Virus record (IMG/VR): IMGVR_UViG_3300027798_005175
Span: 1-37,102 of that record
DNA: 37,102 bases
DNA from: a virus
Taxonomy: Duplodnaviria > Caudoviricetes
Reading direction: 5' to 3' (one strand)
The stretch's first letter is position 1, and each line of letters starts with the position of its first letter. The notes below the pieces were generated by a model, which was given only the letters and a program-made list of their open reading frames with translations, ran no database searches and was not told the DNA's origin. This document shows positions 1 through 9,847 of this stretch, in pieces. The position numbers and the translations under genes are program-made.

Positions 1-2218
1 TACCACTTACAAACTTAAATGCTTGACGTTTATTACTATCATATATTTTGGTTTTATCTAGGCTACTGAACTTGACGCTTGTGTTCTTAGCAATATCAAT
101 AACATTCAATGTTTTGATACTGTCTTTAAAGTCTAGAATGTTCTTATCAATAGTCTCTTTATCTACCTTTTTAAGTAAGTCAATTAAGAAACCATGCATG
201 AATGACCTGAATTTAGCTGGAAATGATGTTCGTACAACGTCAATACCTTTTACTTCCAATTCGTCACATACTACACCACCTTTATTAATAATGAATTGAC
301 AATAACGTTTCTTAGCCAACCAAAATGATGTCTTTGCAATGACTTCTTGTTTTGCATCAAAACGATGATTTTGAACATTAAACATACGGTCTGCCATAAT
401 ATCAAACATCTTGTTTACATATATTTGAGATTCTTCTGTTACTTTTAAAATAGCATCCGTCATTTGTTTTTCATCATTCAAATCTATATCAGGCATAGTT
501 TTCTTGATGATAGGTAAAGCACTAGCAAAACATGAATCAGTATCTACATATATAACATAATCTTTATTATCAGATTCATTCAATGTTTTCTTGAAATATT
601 GATTCATTGATTTTTCCGCTGTCTTGATAATGTCTTGACCTGTTAATGTTACCGCTGCGGCATTGTCCTTATCATAAAAACGGAATACAGGTAGACCCAA
701 ACAACCGTAAATGCTGTTAAGCAAAATCTTTTGAATCTTTTGTCTGTTATCATAGAATTCATATAACTCCCATTCTTTTGCATCTGCATGTTTCTTAGCT
801 AACTTTCTTAAATTTTTACGTTCATTGAACCACTTCACCAGAATACTAGGAACAGTTCCCATTTCACCATTTAGATCTGGTTTCTTATAAAGAACACCAT
901 TACTAGCAACACTCAAATTGCTTTCCGTCAACATTGCTTTAAAATCTGATGGTGTATATGGATTTCCTGAAATGTATAAATTATTGGTTCCGTTCTTTAC
1001 ATATTCTTCAACATTCCAATTATCAACTTTTCCTACTTTAGTCTCTGGACTGATATTAAGACTGATGATGATATTAGGATACATTGATGTAAGATCCAAA
1101 TCAAACACCCATTCATAACGACCGGGAATAGGATCTTTAACATAAGCACCTTCAAAACCTTCTTCATTTTGTTCCAATTGGTTTTCATATTCAGCTCTAC
1201 CTTCCAATGACTTGTTAGGAGCAACTTGTTTCTTTCTACGTAGATAAATAAGAATAGCACCTTCCAAAAACCTAGAACTCATACCGAAATTTTCATAACC
1301 TACATGACCAGTATGACAAATACCCCTAGCCAAATCAATAAACTGAAGTTTCTTATCAAGAGCAACAACAATCTTTACGTCATTTAAGTTATATTCAATG
1401 TATTTGCTAATATCTTCTTTAAACAAATCATTCAAACTACCTTTGTAACTGATCTTTTCAATATTAACAACTTTCTTACCAATAGCACCTAGAGCATAAC
1501 TAGGTTCATTTTTACCACTGAACTTCTTGTATAGAATCATATAATCCAAACAAGATACACCAGCAATAGTCATACGTTCCAAGAACTTGTTAAAATAACA
1601 AATACCAATAGGACTCAAACGTTTTGCATTGGTTTCACCTACAACACGTTTTGCACGGTTATATAAGTAAATCATATCAAAGTTATCAATGTTCCAACCA
1701 GTAACAATAGTAGGTTGAATTTCTTCCCACTTGGTAAAGAAGTGCATCAACAATGACTCTTCATTATCATAAGATTTAATCTCAACATTATCATTAATAC
1801 TGTCCTGTATCTTATGGTCTTTATCCAAGATAAAGACTGTATATTGGTTTGTAGCAGCATCATGAATAGCAATGGCTGTGATTTCTTTATCACCTTCTTC
1901 AATGATTGGAAATCCACCTTCAGTACTGACCTCAATGTCAATTGTTACTACACGGTGACCTTTTGATGGTTCATCACTGTCTTCATAACCGTCAATAAGA
2001 ATACGAGTTTCAATTGGTACGTCACTTTCAAACAATGATGGATCTCTGGGATTAAAATTGTAAATCTTCTCTAATTTATCTCCGTAAATTGAACGGTAAG
2101 TTCCATTTGGACTCTTTCTGAACGCATAATTCCTGAAAGGAAATTTAACGTGTCCCTTTTCATCATCCCACAAATGGACTACGTTTTCTTTCTTATCTAC
2201 AAAGATGTTTTGATACAT
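1..2218 (-). CDS. polB: Family B DNA polymerase (3' end outside window)
   Basis: Absent from the ORF track because there is no stop in the window. Read by hand from ATG at 2218 (MYQNIFVDKKENVVHLWDD...): ExoI IDIEV, ExoII TGWNIDNFD, motif A DLTSMYP, motif B KILLNSIYG, motif C YVDTDS. Confidence 0.96.
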   Translation of the reverse strand, partial: MYQNIFVDKKENVVHLWDDEKGHVKFPFRNYAFRKSPNGTYRSIYGDKLEKIYNFNPRDPSLFESDVPIETRILIDGYEDSDEPSKGHRVVTIDIEVSTEGGFPIIEEGDKEITAIAIHDAATNQYTVFILDKDHKIQDSINDNVEIKSYDNEESLLMHFFTKWEEIQPTIVTGWNIDNFDMIYLYNRAKRVVGETNAKRLSPIGICYFNKFLERMTIAGVSCLDYMILYKKFSGKNEPSYALGAIGKKVVNIEKISYKGSLNDLFKEDISKYIEYNLNDVKIVVALDKKLQFIDLARGICHTGHVGYENFGMSSRFLEGAILIYLRRKKQVAPNKSLEGRAEYENQLEQNEEGFEGAYVKDPIPGRYEWVFDLDLTSMYPNIIISLNISPETKVGKVDNWNVEEYVKNGTNNLYISGNPYTPSDFKAMLTESNLSVASNGVLYKKPDLNGEMGTVPSILVKWFNERKNLRKLAKKHADAKEWELYEFYDNRQKIQKILLNSIYGCLGLPVFRFYDKDNAAAVTLTGQDIIKTAEKSMNQYFKKTLNESDNKDYVIYVDTDSCFASALPIIKKTMPDIDLNDEKQMTDAILKVTEESQIYVNKMFDIMADRMFNVQNHRFDAKQEVIAKTSFWLAKKRYCQFIINKGGVVCDELEVKGIDVVRTSFPAKFRSFMHGFLIDLLKKVDKETIDKNILDFKDSIKTLNVIDIAKNTSVKFSSLDKTKIYDSNKRQAFKFVSG

Positions 2219-2222
2219 ATTT

Positions 2223-2450
2223 TTAATAACCCAACTTAGCCTTAAGTGAGTTGTAGAGCTCAATATACTCTGGTTTAACGTACTTGTCAAACTGATTCAC
2301 TCGTTGTTTTAGCTTCTCATCTTTAATAGCGGTGAATAATTCCACATCCATTTGATAAGCATTAATAACAGGAGGAGTTGCTAAATTCACAATTCCCCAA
2401 AGCATTGCGGTTTCATCTTCAGTTAATGCGCTTAATTGTTCTAATTTCAT
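2223..2450 (-). CDS. Hypothetical protein, 75 aa, first gene of the polymerase transcript
   Basis: Clean ORF ending 4 nt before the pol ATG and directly preceded by a consensus promoter. Confidence 0.75.
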   Translation of the reverse strand: MKLEQLSALTEDETAMLWGIVNLATPPVINAYQMDVELFTAIKDEKLKQRVNQFDKYVKPEYIELYNSLKAKLGY

Positions 2451-2456
2451 AATTCA

Positions 2457-2485
2457 ATTATAACCTAGTTTTTAAACACTGTCAA
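2457..2485 (-). promoter_or_regulatory. Sigma70-type promoter TTGACA-N17-TATAAT, 6 nt before ATG 2450 (probably leaderless)
   Basis: tgtcaa at 2480-2485 and attata at 2457-2462 on the + strand give a perfect consensus with a 17-nt spacer. Confidence 0.85.
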
Positions 2486-3216
2486 TTTAATTTAATGCCA
2501 AATATATTTGTATCATAGTTTACAAAAATAACATTGTTAAGTTTATCAGTTAAAACTTGAGTTTCTTTAACGTGTATTTCTTTTTCTGTATCTTCTACGT
2601 CTTTAATGCTGAAAGAGTTGCCTAAGTTGCTTATAGTACCTTCTCTTGGTGACAATACTATTTGCGGAGTTATAACAAGGTAATCATCAGCTTTTAATTG
2701 TTTCTTTTTCTTTGATTTTGTATCTGAAACTGTTACATTACCTTCTACTACATATACGTGAGTGTATTTAGCTCTAGATGTTATGAACAATTTAGCATTG
2801 GTGAATGTAATAAATCCAAGTGGAGTACCTATAGTAGTTTGACTAGGACATTTGCTTACGCAATATAGTACACCATCTACAGTAAAATTAAATGCGGAGT
2901 CTTTTAACTTAACTATTTCAGGTAATTTAAATGTGTTATTGTATTCAATTGGTGTTTGGTTAAAATATACACTGGTAGAATCTTTTTGATATACAGCAAT
3001 TTTATGCGGAAATACGTAGGAAGTGGATTGATTTGTACCAGCTATAACACTGAGGCCATTTGTTAATGTGTAAGTGTTTCCAACAGTGGTAGATAATACA
3101 CTTAATTTTCCAGAAACTACTTCTGATAACTCTGTTTTTTCAGTAGAGTCATAGAGAAATAAAGTGTTTGCGTTAACAGACAATACCATTAAAATTGAGA
3201 ATAGTAATTTTTTCAT
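2482..3216 (-). CDS. Secreted beta-rich protein with a FecR-like domain
   Basis: Likely start at 3216 (MKKLLFSILMVLSVNA, signal peptide). The segment TIGTPLGFITFTNAKLFI...THVYVVEGNVTV resembles the FecR-domain pattern. Confidence 0.6.
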   Translation of the reverse strand: MKKLLFSILMVLSVNANTLFLYDSTEKTELSEVVSGKLSVLSTTVGNTYTLTNGLSVIAGTNQSTSYVFPHKIAVYQKDSTSVYFNQTPIEYNNTFKLPEIVKLKDSAFNFTVDGVLYCVSKCPSQTTIGTPLGFITFTNAKLFITSRAKYTHVYVVEGNVTVSDTKSKKKKQLKADDYLVITPQIVLSPREGTISNLGNSFSIKDVEDTEKEIHVKETQVLTDKLNNVIFVNYDTNIFGIKLN

Positions 3217-3239
3217 ATTGAATAAATAGTTGTTATAAA

Positions 3240-3268
3240 TTGACATGTTATATTTTATAAGTTATTCT
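3240..3268 (+). promoter_or_regulatory. Sigma70-type promoter TTGACA-N17-TATTCT, 6 nt before ATG 3275 (probably leaderless)
   Basis: TTGACA at 3240-3245 and TATTCT at 3263-3268. Confidence 0.7.
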
Positions 3269-3274
3269 ATTCAG

Positions 3275-4183
3275 ATGGAATTACAAGAAATAAAAAAGAA
3301 AAGAGTAAGTTTTAGCCAATATTCAATGTGGATGAAGTGTCCATACAGTTGGAAACTTAACTATCTGGAAGGTAAACGAATGTATGATGCAAGTTTAAAT
3401 ATATTCTTTGGTACTGCTATACATCATGTACTTCAAACTTTCTTACAATCATTGTATACAGAGTCAGTTGAAAAGGCTGATGGTATTAATCTGTTTGAAT
3501 TATTCAAAGTTAAGTTTGAAGAAGAAATTCAAAAAGAGAAAAGTAAGCCAGATTCTAAATTTACATATACAGATGATGAATATACTGAATTTGTATTTGA
3601 CGGTGAAGACATCTTAAAGACTTTTCTAAGTGCAAAGAATCGTCTCAAATACTTTCCCTCTCAGAAATATGAATTCATTGGCATTGAAGTTCCGTTGGAT
3701 TTAGCAATCAAAAATAATGTAGATTTTATTGCTTATGTAGACTTAATTCTCAAGGACAAGGAAACTGGCAAGTATAAGATTTATGACTTTAAAACTAGCT
3801 CTAACGGATGGAATAAGTACCAAAAGGAAGATCCAGCCAAGTTCAGTCAGATCTTACTATATAAAGCATTTTATGCAAAGAAGTTCACTGTAGATTTGAA
3901 CATGATAGAAGTAGAATTCTTTATCTTAAAAAGAAAACTATATGAAGGCGTAGATTTTCCACAAAGTCGTATTCAAATCTTTGAACCAATGCATAATAAA
4001 CAAGTTATTGCAGCAACTTTAGGTGACTTTGCAACATTTGTCACAGAATGTTTTACTGTTGACGGTGGTTATAATGCAAATGGTTCATATCCAAAGATTC
4101 CAGGCAAAGCAAAAAAGAATTGTAAGTATTGCCAACACCACAAAGTTAATTGTAACGGTAAAGCAGATAAATTGTTAGATTAA
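3275..4183 (+). CDS. PD-(D/E)XK nuclease, Cas4/AddB-like, with four-Cys Fe-S motif
   Basis: SFSQYSMWMKCP, GTAIH, VDLI...DFKT, Q..LY and C-terminal CKYC...C. Start moved to ATG 3275 to fit the promoter. Confidence 0.85.
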   Translation: MELQEIKKKRVSFSQYSMWMKCPYSWKLNYLEGKRMYDASLNIFFGTAIHHVLQTFLQSLYTESVEKADGINLFELFKVKFEEEIQKEKSKPDSKFTYTDDEYTEFVFDGEDILKTFLSAKNRLKYFPSQKYEFIGIEVPLDLAIKNNVDFIAYVDLILKDKETGKYKIYDFKTSSNGWNKYQKEDPAKFSQILLYKAFYAKKFTVDLNMIEVEFFILKRKLYEGVDFPQSRIQIFEPMHNKQVIAATLGDFATFVTECFTVDGGYNANGSYPKIPGKAKKNCKYCQHHKVNCNGKADKLLD

Positions 4184-4205
4184 AATAAATCCATTTTAAT
4201 TTTCA

Positions 4206-4228
4206 TATATACGTATATACATATATAT
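4206..4228. promoter_or_regulatory. Palindromic operator-like site, copy 1 (core TATATACGTATATA at 4206-4219)
   Basis: Perfect 14-bp palindrome. The 23 bp at 4206-4228 are the exact reverse complement of 18835-18857. Confidence 0.65.
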
Positions 4229-4451
4229 GAAAGGTAGTATTACAACAGTAAAAGTGGATAATGGTTTATATGAATCATTTAAGATTCAAAATATTAAATC
4301 CAAGTTTCATTTACAAGATTTAGTAAATAGAGCAATGTATTTGTATTTGAATGATAAAGAATTTAAAGATAAACTTTACAACTTAATTATTCCTGTTTTA
4401 AGTGAAGAGGCACAGATTACTAAATTAAATATTACTGGATCAAAAATTTAA
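4227..4451 (+). CDS. Putative ribbon-helix-helix (Arc/MetJ/CopG-like) DNA-binding protein
   Basis: 74 aa. Alternating beta strand ITTVKV, helix DNGLYESFKIQNIK, short turn, then helix HLQDLVNRAMYLYL. Confidence 0.6.
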   Translation: MKGSITTVKVDNGLYESFKIQNIKSKFHLQDLVNRAMYLYLNDKEFKDKLYNLIIPVLSEEAQITKLNITGSKI

Positions 4452-4457
4452 CAATAT

Positions 4458-4988
4458 ATGAGTAAAAAGAAAATATTATTATTATCAGATGATTTGCGTA
4501 TGCATAGTGGTATTGCAACTATGTCTAGAGAATTGGTTTTGGGTACAGTTCATCATTATGATTGGATTCAAATTGCAGGAGCAATTAAACACCCAGAAGC
4601 AGGTAAAATTGTGGATTTAAATCAAGCAACAAGAGATTTAACAAAAGTACCAGATGCGGCTGTTAAATTGTATCCTACTGATGGATATGGAAATGAACAA
4701 ATGTTATTTGCAATAATGCAATCTGAAAAGCCTGATGTTATCATGCACTTCACTGATCCTAGATTCTGGGGATGGTTATACGCAATTGAAAAACAAGTTC
4801 GTGCAAAGATTCCACTAACCTACCTTCATATATGGGATGATTTGCCGTATCCTATGTGGAATAGACCGTTCTATCAAAGTTGTGATGCCTTATTTGCAAT
4901 TAGCAAACAATCTAATAATATTGCTAAACATGTATTGGGTGCGGAAAATTGTTTTAGTTTAGATGAAGTAGAAAATCAACCAGTTTAA
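4458..4988 (+). CDS. GT-B (GT4-like) glycosyltransferase, N-terminal half
   Basis: KILLLSDD...SGIATMSREL, EKPDVIMHF and CDALFAISK fit the acceptor-binding Rossmann domain only. Confidence 0.8.
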   Translation: MSKKKILLLSDDLRMHSGIATMSRELVLGTVHHYDWIQIAGAIKHPEAGKIVDLNQATRDLTKVPDAAVKLYPTDGYGNEQMLFAIMQSEKPDVIMHFTDPRFWGWLYAIEKQVRAKIPLTYLHIWDDLPYPMWNRPFYQSCDALFAISKQSNNIAKHVLGAENCFSLDEVENQPV

Positions 4989-4995
4989 TAAAGTT

Positions 4996-5982
4996 ATGCC
5001 ATTTAAAAATAAAAAACATCTATTACATTTAGTTCCTCATGGTATCAATAGTGATGTATTTATACCGCTAAATGATGCTGATAAAATCATCAGAGAAAAG
5101 AAAAAACAACTATTTGGTGATAAACATTATGACTTTGTATTATTCTATAATAGTCGTAACGTCCAACGTAAAAAGACAAGCAATGTAGTATTAGCTTTTA
5201 GATCTTTTTGTGATAATCTAACACCGGAACAAGCTGCTAAGTGCGTATTGGTATTACATACAGAAAAAGTACAAGACGCAGGTACAGACTTACCAGAAGT
5301 AATCACTTCACTATGTCCAAATTATGATGTAGTGTTCGTTGAACAAAAGATTAGTCCAGAAGAAATGTGTGCAATGTATAATATTGCAGATGTTACAATT
5401 CTAATCAGTTCAAATGAAGGATTTGGTTTGAGTATTGCTGAATCAATCATGTGTGGTACTCCAATAATTACTACTGTAACCGGTGGTTTACAAGATCAAA
5501 TTGGTCAAGTAGATGATAACGGTAAACAATTTGAGTTTACACTTGAATTTGGTACTAACAGTGTAGGTAAATATAAGAATCATGGTGTATGGGCTAAGCC
5601 AATTTGGCCAGCAGTAAAAACAATTCAAGGAAGTGTACCAACACCATATATCTTTGATGATGTTTGTACATGGGAAGAATCTGCTGAAGCAATCATGTAT
5701 TGGTATTTAATGACTCCGGAACAACGTGAAAAATGTGGATTGGAAGGTAGACGATGGGCAATGAATGAAGGTGGTATTAATGCAAAGAACATGTGTAATC
5801 AATTTATTAAAGCAATGGATTATACTATAAATAACTTTATTCCAGAACCCGGCTTTTCTATTCATACAACATCAGATTATGTAGGCAATTCACAACCTCA
5901 TAATACATTTGGTGTAGAAGTTCCTAAGATTAATATTGACAAAATCAAATCAGAAATAGATACTACAATAATTAAATTATGA
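4996..5982 (+). CDS. GT-B (GT4-like) glycosyltransferase, C-terminal half
   Basis: VPHGINSDVF, RNVQRKK and YNIADV...SSNEGFGLSIAESIMCGTPIITT (GT4 E-x7-E motif). Confidence 0.9.
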   Translation: MPFKNKKHLLHLVPHGINSDVFIPLNDADKIIREKKKQLFGDKHYDFVLFYNSRNVQRKKTSNVVLAFRSFCDNLTPEQAAKCVLVLHTEKVQDAGTDLPEVITSLCPNYDVVFVEQKISPEEMCAMYNIADVTILISSNEGFGLSIAESIMCGTPIITTVTGGLQDQIGQVDDNGKQFEFTLEFGTNSVGKYKNHGVWAKPIWPAVKTIQGSVPTPYIFDDVCTWEESAEAIMYWYLMTPEQREKCGLEGRRWAMNEGGINAKNMCNQFIKAMDYTINNFIPEPGFSIHTTSDYVGNSQPHNTFGVEVPKINIDKIKSEIDTTIIKL

Positions 5983-6641
5983 AAATTCAAGTATTAAAGA
6001 ATGAATCATATCAATCTGTAGATAATCTTCCTAAGAAGGGTACAGATAGAGCTACTGGTTTTGATGTAGTTGTTACAAGTGAGCCAGAAATTGTTGGTGA
6101 AAAGTATGAGAATGGTGCATACAAACGCATTGACTACATTCAATACAAGACCAATCTTAAGTTGGCCGTTCAAAAAGATCGTCAATTCAGTAACTTTGGT
6201 TATACTGATTTAGATTATGACATTCTAGCATTTCCTCGCAGTAGTGTTAGTAAGTATAATTTAGTATTAGCCAACTGTATTGGATTGATTGACGCAGATT
6301 ATCGTGGAGAAGTATTACTTCGTTTCAAATATATCTGGCAACCAGAAGATTATAGAATTAGAACTGATAATCTATTGGAAGGTAACGTCAACTCCACCAA
6401 ACTCTATAATAAAGATGATAAAGTATGTCAACTCAAAGTAACAAAAGTAGAAAATGTAGAATTTGTTTTGGTAGATGAACTAGATTCTACTACTAGAGGT
6501 GACGGTGGTTTTGGCAGTACTGATACCAAACAACAAGTTAAAAATATTGCTGAATTGTATGAAATTAACAATAACAGTGTAGTACAACCACAAAAAAAAT
6601 ATATTGACACAATTAAAGAAAGAGAACAAAAACTAGGATAA
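5979..6641 (+). CDS. dut: Trimeric dUTPase
   Basis: Motifs ATGFDV, PRSS, GLIDADYRGEV, VCQL and RGDGGFGST. Confidence 0.93.
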   Translation: MKIQVLKNESYQSVDNLPKKGTDRATGFDVVVTSEPEIVGEKYENGAYKRIDYIQYKTNLKLAVQKDRQFSNFGYTDLDYDILAFPRSSVSKYNLVLANCIGLIDADYRGEVLLRFKYIWQPEDYRIRTDNLLEGNVNSTKLYNKDDKVCQLKVTKVENVEFVLVDELDSTTRGDGGFGSTDTKQQVKNIAELYEINNNSVVQPQKKYIDTIKEREQKLG

Positions 6642-6645
6642 ATTT

Positions 6646-7956
6646 ATGAGTAAACCATTATGTGTAATTCAAGGCCCTGTATTTTCCCGTTCTGGATATG
6701 GTGATTTGGCAACAGATCTTGCAAGAAGTATTATTAGATATGATAAGTATGATGTAAAGATTGCTCCTACTAGATGGGGTGGATGTCCATCAAAAGTATC
6801 TGATAATGATCTTAATACTGAAGAAGACAAAAAACTATTCAGTCATTTTTTAAATGCTCCTTTGCAAAAACAACCTGATCTGTTTGTACAAATTAGCATT
6901 CCAAATGAATTTCAAACAGTAGGTAAATATAATATTGGTATTACTGCTGGTATTGAAACTACTGCAGCATCTGGTCAATTTATTGAAGGTTTAAATAAGA
7001 TGAATATGAACATTGTTACAAGCAATCATGTTAAGAAAGTATTTGAATCTGCTCTATATCAAAAACAATATGAAGATGGCAGAAAAGAACCATTAAAAAG
7101 TGAAAAACCAATTGAAGTGTGTTTTTGGGGTGCAGATACTTCAATTTATAAGAAAACAGATGAAAAGGTTCAAAGTGTTGAAGATGTAATGTCAACAATT
7201 CCAGAAAAATTTGCATTTTTATTTGTTGGTCAATGGACTCATGGTGGTTTATTTACAGACAGAAAAGACATTGCTAATCTAATTAAGGTATTCTCTGAAA
7301 CATTTAAGAATGCTAAGACTGAAAATAGACCGTGTTTGATTGTAAAAACTAATGGTGTAAATTTCTCAAAAATTGACAGAGATGATACTTTAAAGAAAAT
7401 TAAGAAAATTCAATCTTTGGTTGGTGATAATGTTCCAAATATATATTTAATTCACGGTGAACTATCTCCAATTGAGATGAATTCATTGTTTAATCATGAA
7501 AAAGTAAAAGTACACATTAATTTTACACATGGTGAAGGATTTGGACATCCAATTTTGTTATCAACTTTGAGTGGAAAACCAACCGTTGTTTCAAATTGGA
7601 GTGGACATTTAGATTTCTTGAATCCTAAGTATGCAGAGTTTTTTGAAGGAACAGTTAAACTAATTGAACCAGGATCAGTAAATGATTGGTTAATCAAAGA
7701 ATCTTGTTGGTTTTATGTATCCCAGAGTTTAGCATCAGATAAATTAAAGATGTTATATAATAGTCTATCAAAAAATATTTTAGAAGACTATGAAAAATTG
7801 AGAATTGAAAATGAACAAAAGTTTAGTCTTCAAGCAATGGATGTCAGATTACATGAAATTTTAAATAAATATGTTCCGGAATTTTCTGTTGAAACAAAGA
7901 TTGTTCTTCCAAAACTAAATAAAATTGAATTACCAAAACTAAATAAAGTTTCTTGA
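6646..7956 (+). CDS. GT-B (GT4-like) glycosyltransferase
   Basis: SRSGYG, FLFVGQW...DRKD and THGEGFGHPIL...SGKPTVVSNWSGHLDF. Confidence 0.88.
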   Translation: MSKPLCVIQGPVFSRSGYGDLATDLARSIIRYDKYDVKIAPTRWGGCPSKVSDNDLNTEEDKKLFSHFLNAPLQKQPDLFVQISIPNEFQTVGKYNIGITAGIETTAASGQFIEGLNKMNMNIVTSNHVKKVFESALYQKQYEDGRKEPLKSEKPIEVCFWGADTSIYKKTDEKVQSVEDVMSTIPEKFAFLFVGQWTHGGLFTDRKDIANLIKVFSETFKNAKTENRPCLIVKTNGVNFSKIDRDDTLKKIKKIQSLVGDNVPNIYLIHGELSPIEMNSLFNHEKVKVHINFTHGEGFGHPILLSTLSGKPTVVSNWSGHLDFLNPKYAEFFEGTVKLIEPGSVNDWLIKESCWFYVSQSLASDKLKMLYNSLSKNILEDYEKLRIENEQKFSLQAMDVRLHEILNKYVPEFSVETKIVLPKLNKIELPKLNKVS

Positions 7957-7959
7957 TAT

Positions 7960-8625
7960 ATGAGACCGTTTATAAGTTATTTAGTAACAACAAAAAATAC
8001 AGGATTTGAACTTCAATTCCTGTTAGAAAGACTATACAAATATGGTCAAAATAATGAATGTATTATTTTAGATGATTACAGTGATGATCCATCAACGTTA
8101 CAAGTGTTAAATAACACATCGGATAAAAGTTTCTTTAAAGTTTATAAACATAAACTAGATAGAAATTACAGTGAACATAAGAATTATGGTAAGAATCTGT
8201 GTCAAGGTGAATATATTTTTCAAATTGATGATGATGAACTGCCATCTGAAACATTGTTAGAATCATTAAAAGAATTGCTTGATCTTAATAAAGAAGTTGA
8301 TTTATTTTGGATTCCACGTATAAATGATTTCAAAGGAGTCAATCATATAAACGCTCAACAATGGGGATGGAAATTAACTCAATATGAAGATAGACTGATT
8401 GTTAATTGGCCAGATCCACAAGGCAGATTATTTAAAAATCTACCTTATATTGAATGGAAACGTAGATTACATGAAAAAATTGAAGGATCAAAAACACATG
8501 TTCATCTACCATATGAATATGAATTTGCGTTACTCCATAATAAAACAATTGAAAAACAAGTAGAGACTAATATCAAATACAATAAAATGTTTACGGAAGA
8601 AGAAAATAAAGGATTTAAAGTATGA
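7960..8625 (+). CDS. GT2 family glycosyltransferase
   Basis: ISYLVTTKN, ILDDYSDD, YIFQIDDDE, WPDPQGRLF and LHE. Confidence 0.88.
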   Translation: MRPFISYLVTTKNTGFELQFLLERLYKYGQNNECIILDDYSDDPSTLQVLNNTSDKSFFKVYKHKLDRNYSEHKNYGKNLCQGEYIFQIDDDELPSETLLESLKELLDLNKEVDLFWIPRINDFKGVNHINAQQWGWKLTQYEDRLIVNWPDPQGRLFKNLPYIEWKRRLHEKIEGSKTHVHLPYEYEFALLHNKTIEKQVETNIKYNKMFTEEENKGFKV

Positions 8626-9842
8626 AAAAATTATTGGAATTAGGAGAACATTATGTGTCTGATTTTTTAAATGAATCAGATTTATGTGAAAACAAACAAA
8701 AATACTCATTAGATCTATATTTAGACAGTGAAATTAATGCACCAAAATTAAAAACGTCTGCTCCATTAGATAGTATGTATGGAAAATATTGGTATAGGTC
8801 TGGAATCAATACTTCTATGACAAATCAATTACGTGATATTGTAAATCAAATATGTTCAAGAACCAAATTTAAGAAAGATGATATTTGGTTAGATATTGCT
8901 TGTAATGATGGTACATTGTTAAAAAATGTACCAAATGAATTTATTAAATTAGGAATTGATCCAGCTGATAATTCATATTATCAAGAATCTTCAAAAGTAG
9001 CTACTGTTATACAAGATTATTTTTCCGAAGAAACTTATAAAAGAACTGGATATGGTGATAAAAAATGTAAAGTAATTACGATTATTGCTATGTTTTATGA
9101 CATAGAAAATCCAATTCCTGTAATAAAAGATTTATATAAAATTTTAGACGATGATGGACTTTTAGTATTACAGATGTCATATACTCCTTTGATGATTAAT
9201 CAACTAGCATTTGATAATATATGTCATGAACATATGTATTATTATTCATTAACATCAATTAAGAAATTATTTAATAACAATGGATTTAATGCAGTTGATT
9301 GTGAATTAAATGATACAAATGGAGGCAGTTTCAGAATTTATTTTCAAAAAAATACTGCAAATAAATCCACTTTTGGTTCTGCGCCACTAAGAGATGTATG
9401 TAATTTTAGGATTGAATCTATTCTTTCCATTGAAAAAGAAAAATATGATATTAGTAGTGAAGATATTTGGTCTGATTTTGGAAATAAACTAAATCAACTA
9501 AAAGAAAAAACAGTATCTTTTATCAGAGAAGAAAAAAATAAAGGTAAGAAGATTTATGGTTATGGTGCATCTACAAAGGGAAATACTTTATTGCAATATT
9601 TTGGATTAGATCATACTTTAATTGATGCAATAGCAGAGAGAAGTCCATATAAATTTGGATTAAAAACAGTTGGTACTAATATACCAATTATTTCAGAGGA
9701 AGAAATGAGAACAAAAAATCCAGATTATTTATTAATCCTTCCCTGGCATTTTATTGATGAATTTGAGATGCGAGAAAGTGAATTCATTAAAAAAGGAGGA
9801 AAATTAATAGTTCCATGTCCAGTGTTTAAGATCATAGGATAA
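8622..9842 (+). CDS. NDP-hexose C-methyltransferase (SAM-dependent; TylC3/NovU/TcaB9-like)
   Basis: LDIACNDGTLL, FDNICHEHMYYYS, NGGSFRIY, YGASTKGNTLL and PDYLLILPWHF. Confidence 0.88.
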   Translation: MKKLLELGEHYVSDFLNESDLCENKQKYSLDLYLDSEINAPKLKTSAPLDSMYGKYWYRSGINTSMTNQLRDIVNQICSRTKFKKDDIWLDIACNDGTLLKNVPNEFIKLGIDPADNSYYQESSKVATVIQDYFSEETYKRTGYGDKKCKVITIIAMFYDIENPIPVIKDLYKILDDDGLLVLQMSYTPLMINQLAFDNICHEHMYYYSLTSIKKLFNNNGFNAVDCELNDTNGGSFRIYFQKNTANKSTFGSAPLRDVCNFRIESILSIEKEKYDISSEDIWSDFGNKLNQLKEKTVSFIREEKNKGKKIYGYGASTKGNTLLQYFGLDHTLIDAIAERSPYKFGLKTVGTNIPIISEEEMRTKNPDYLLILPWHFIDEFEMRESEFIKKGGKLIVPCPVFKIIG

Positions 9843-9847
9843 TAAAA

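Noticed and set aside
48-1941. Short ORF-track ORFs at 48-299, 918-1118, 1033-1260 and 1747-1941
   Set aside because: They are shadow frames within the DNA polymerase gene.
1-2218. Intein or intron in the polymerase
   Set aside because: Motif spacing from the exonuclease domain through motif C looks normal, and I saw no insertion or splicing motif in the visible part.
3275-4183. CRISPR-Cas locus suggested by the Cas4-like nuclease
   Set aside because: No repeat-spacer array or other cas gene was seen, and solo Cas4-like nucleases are common in phages.
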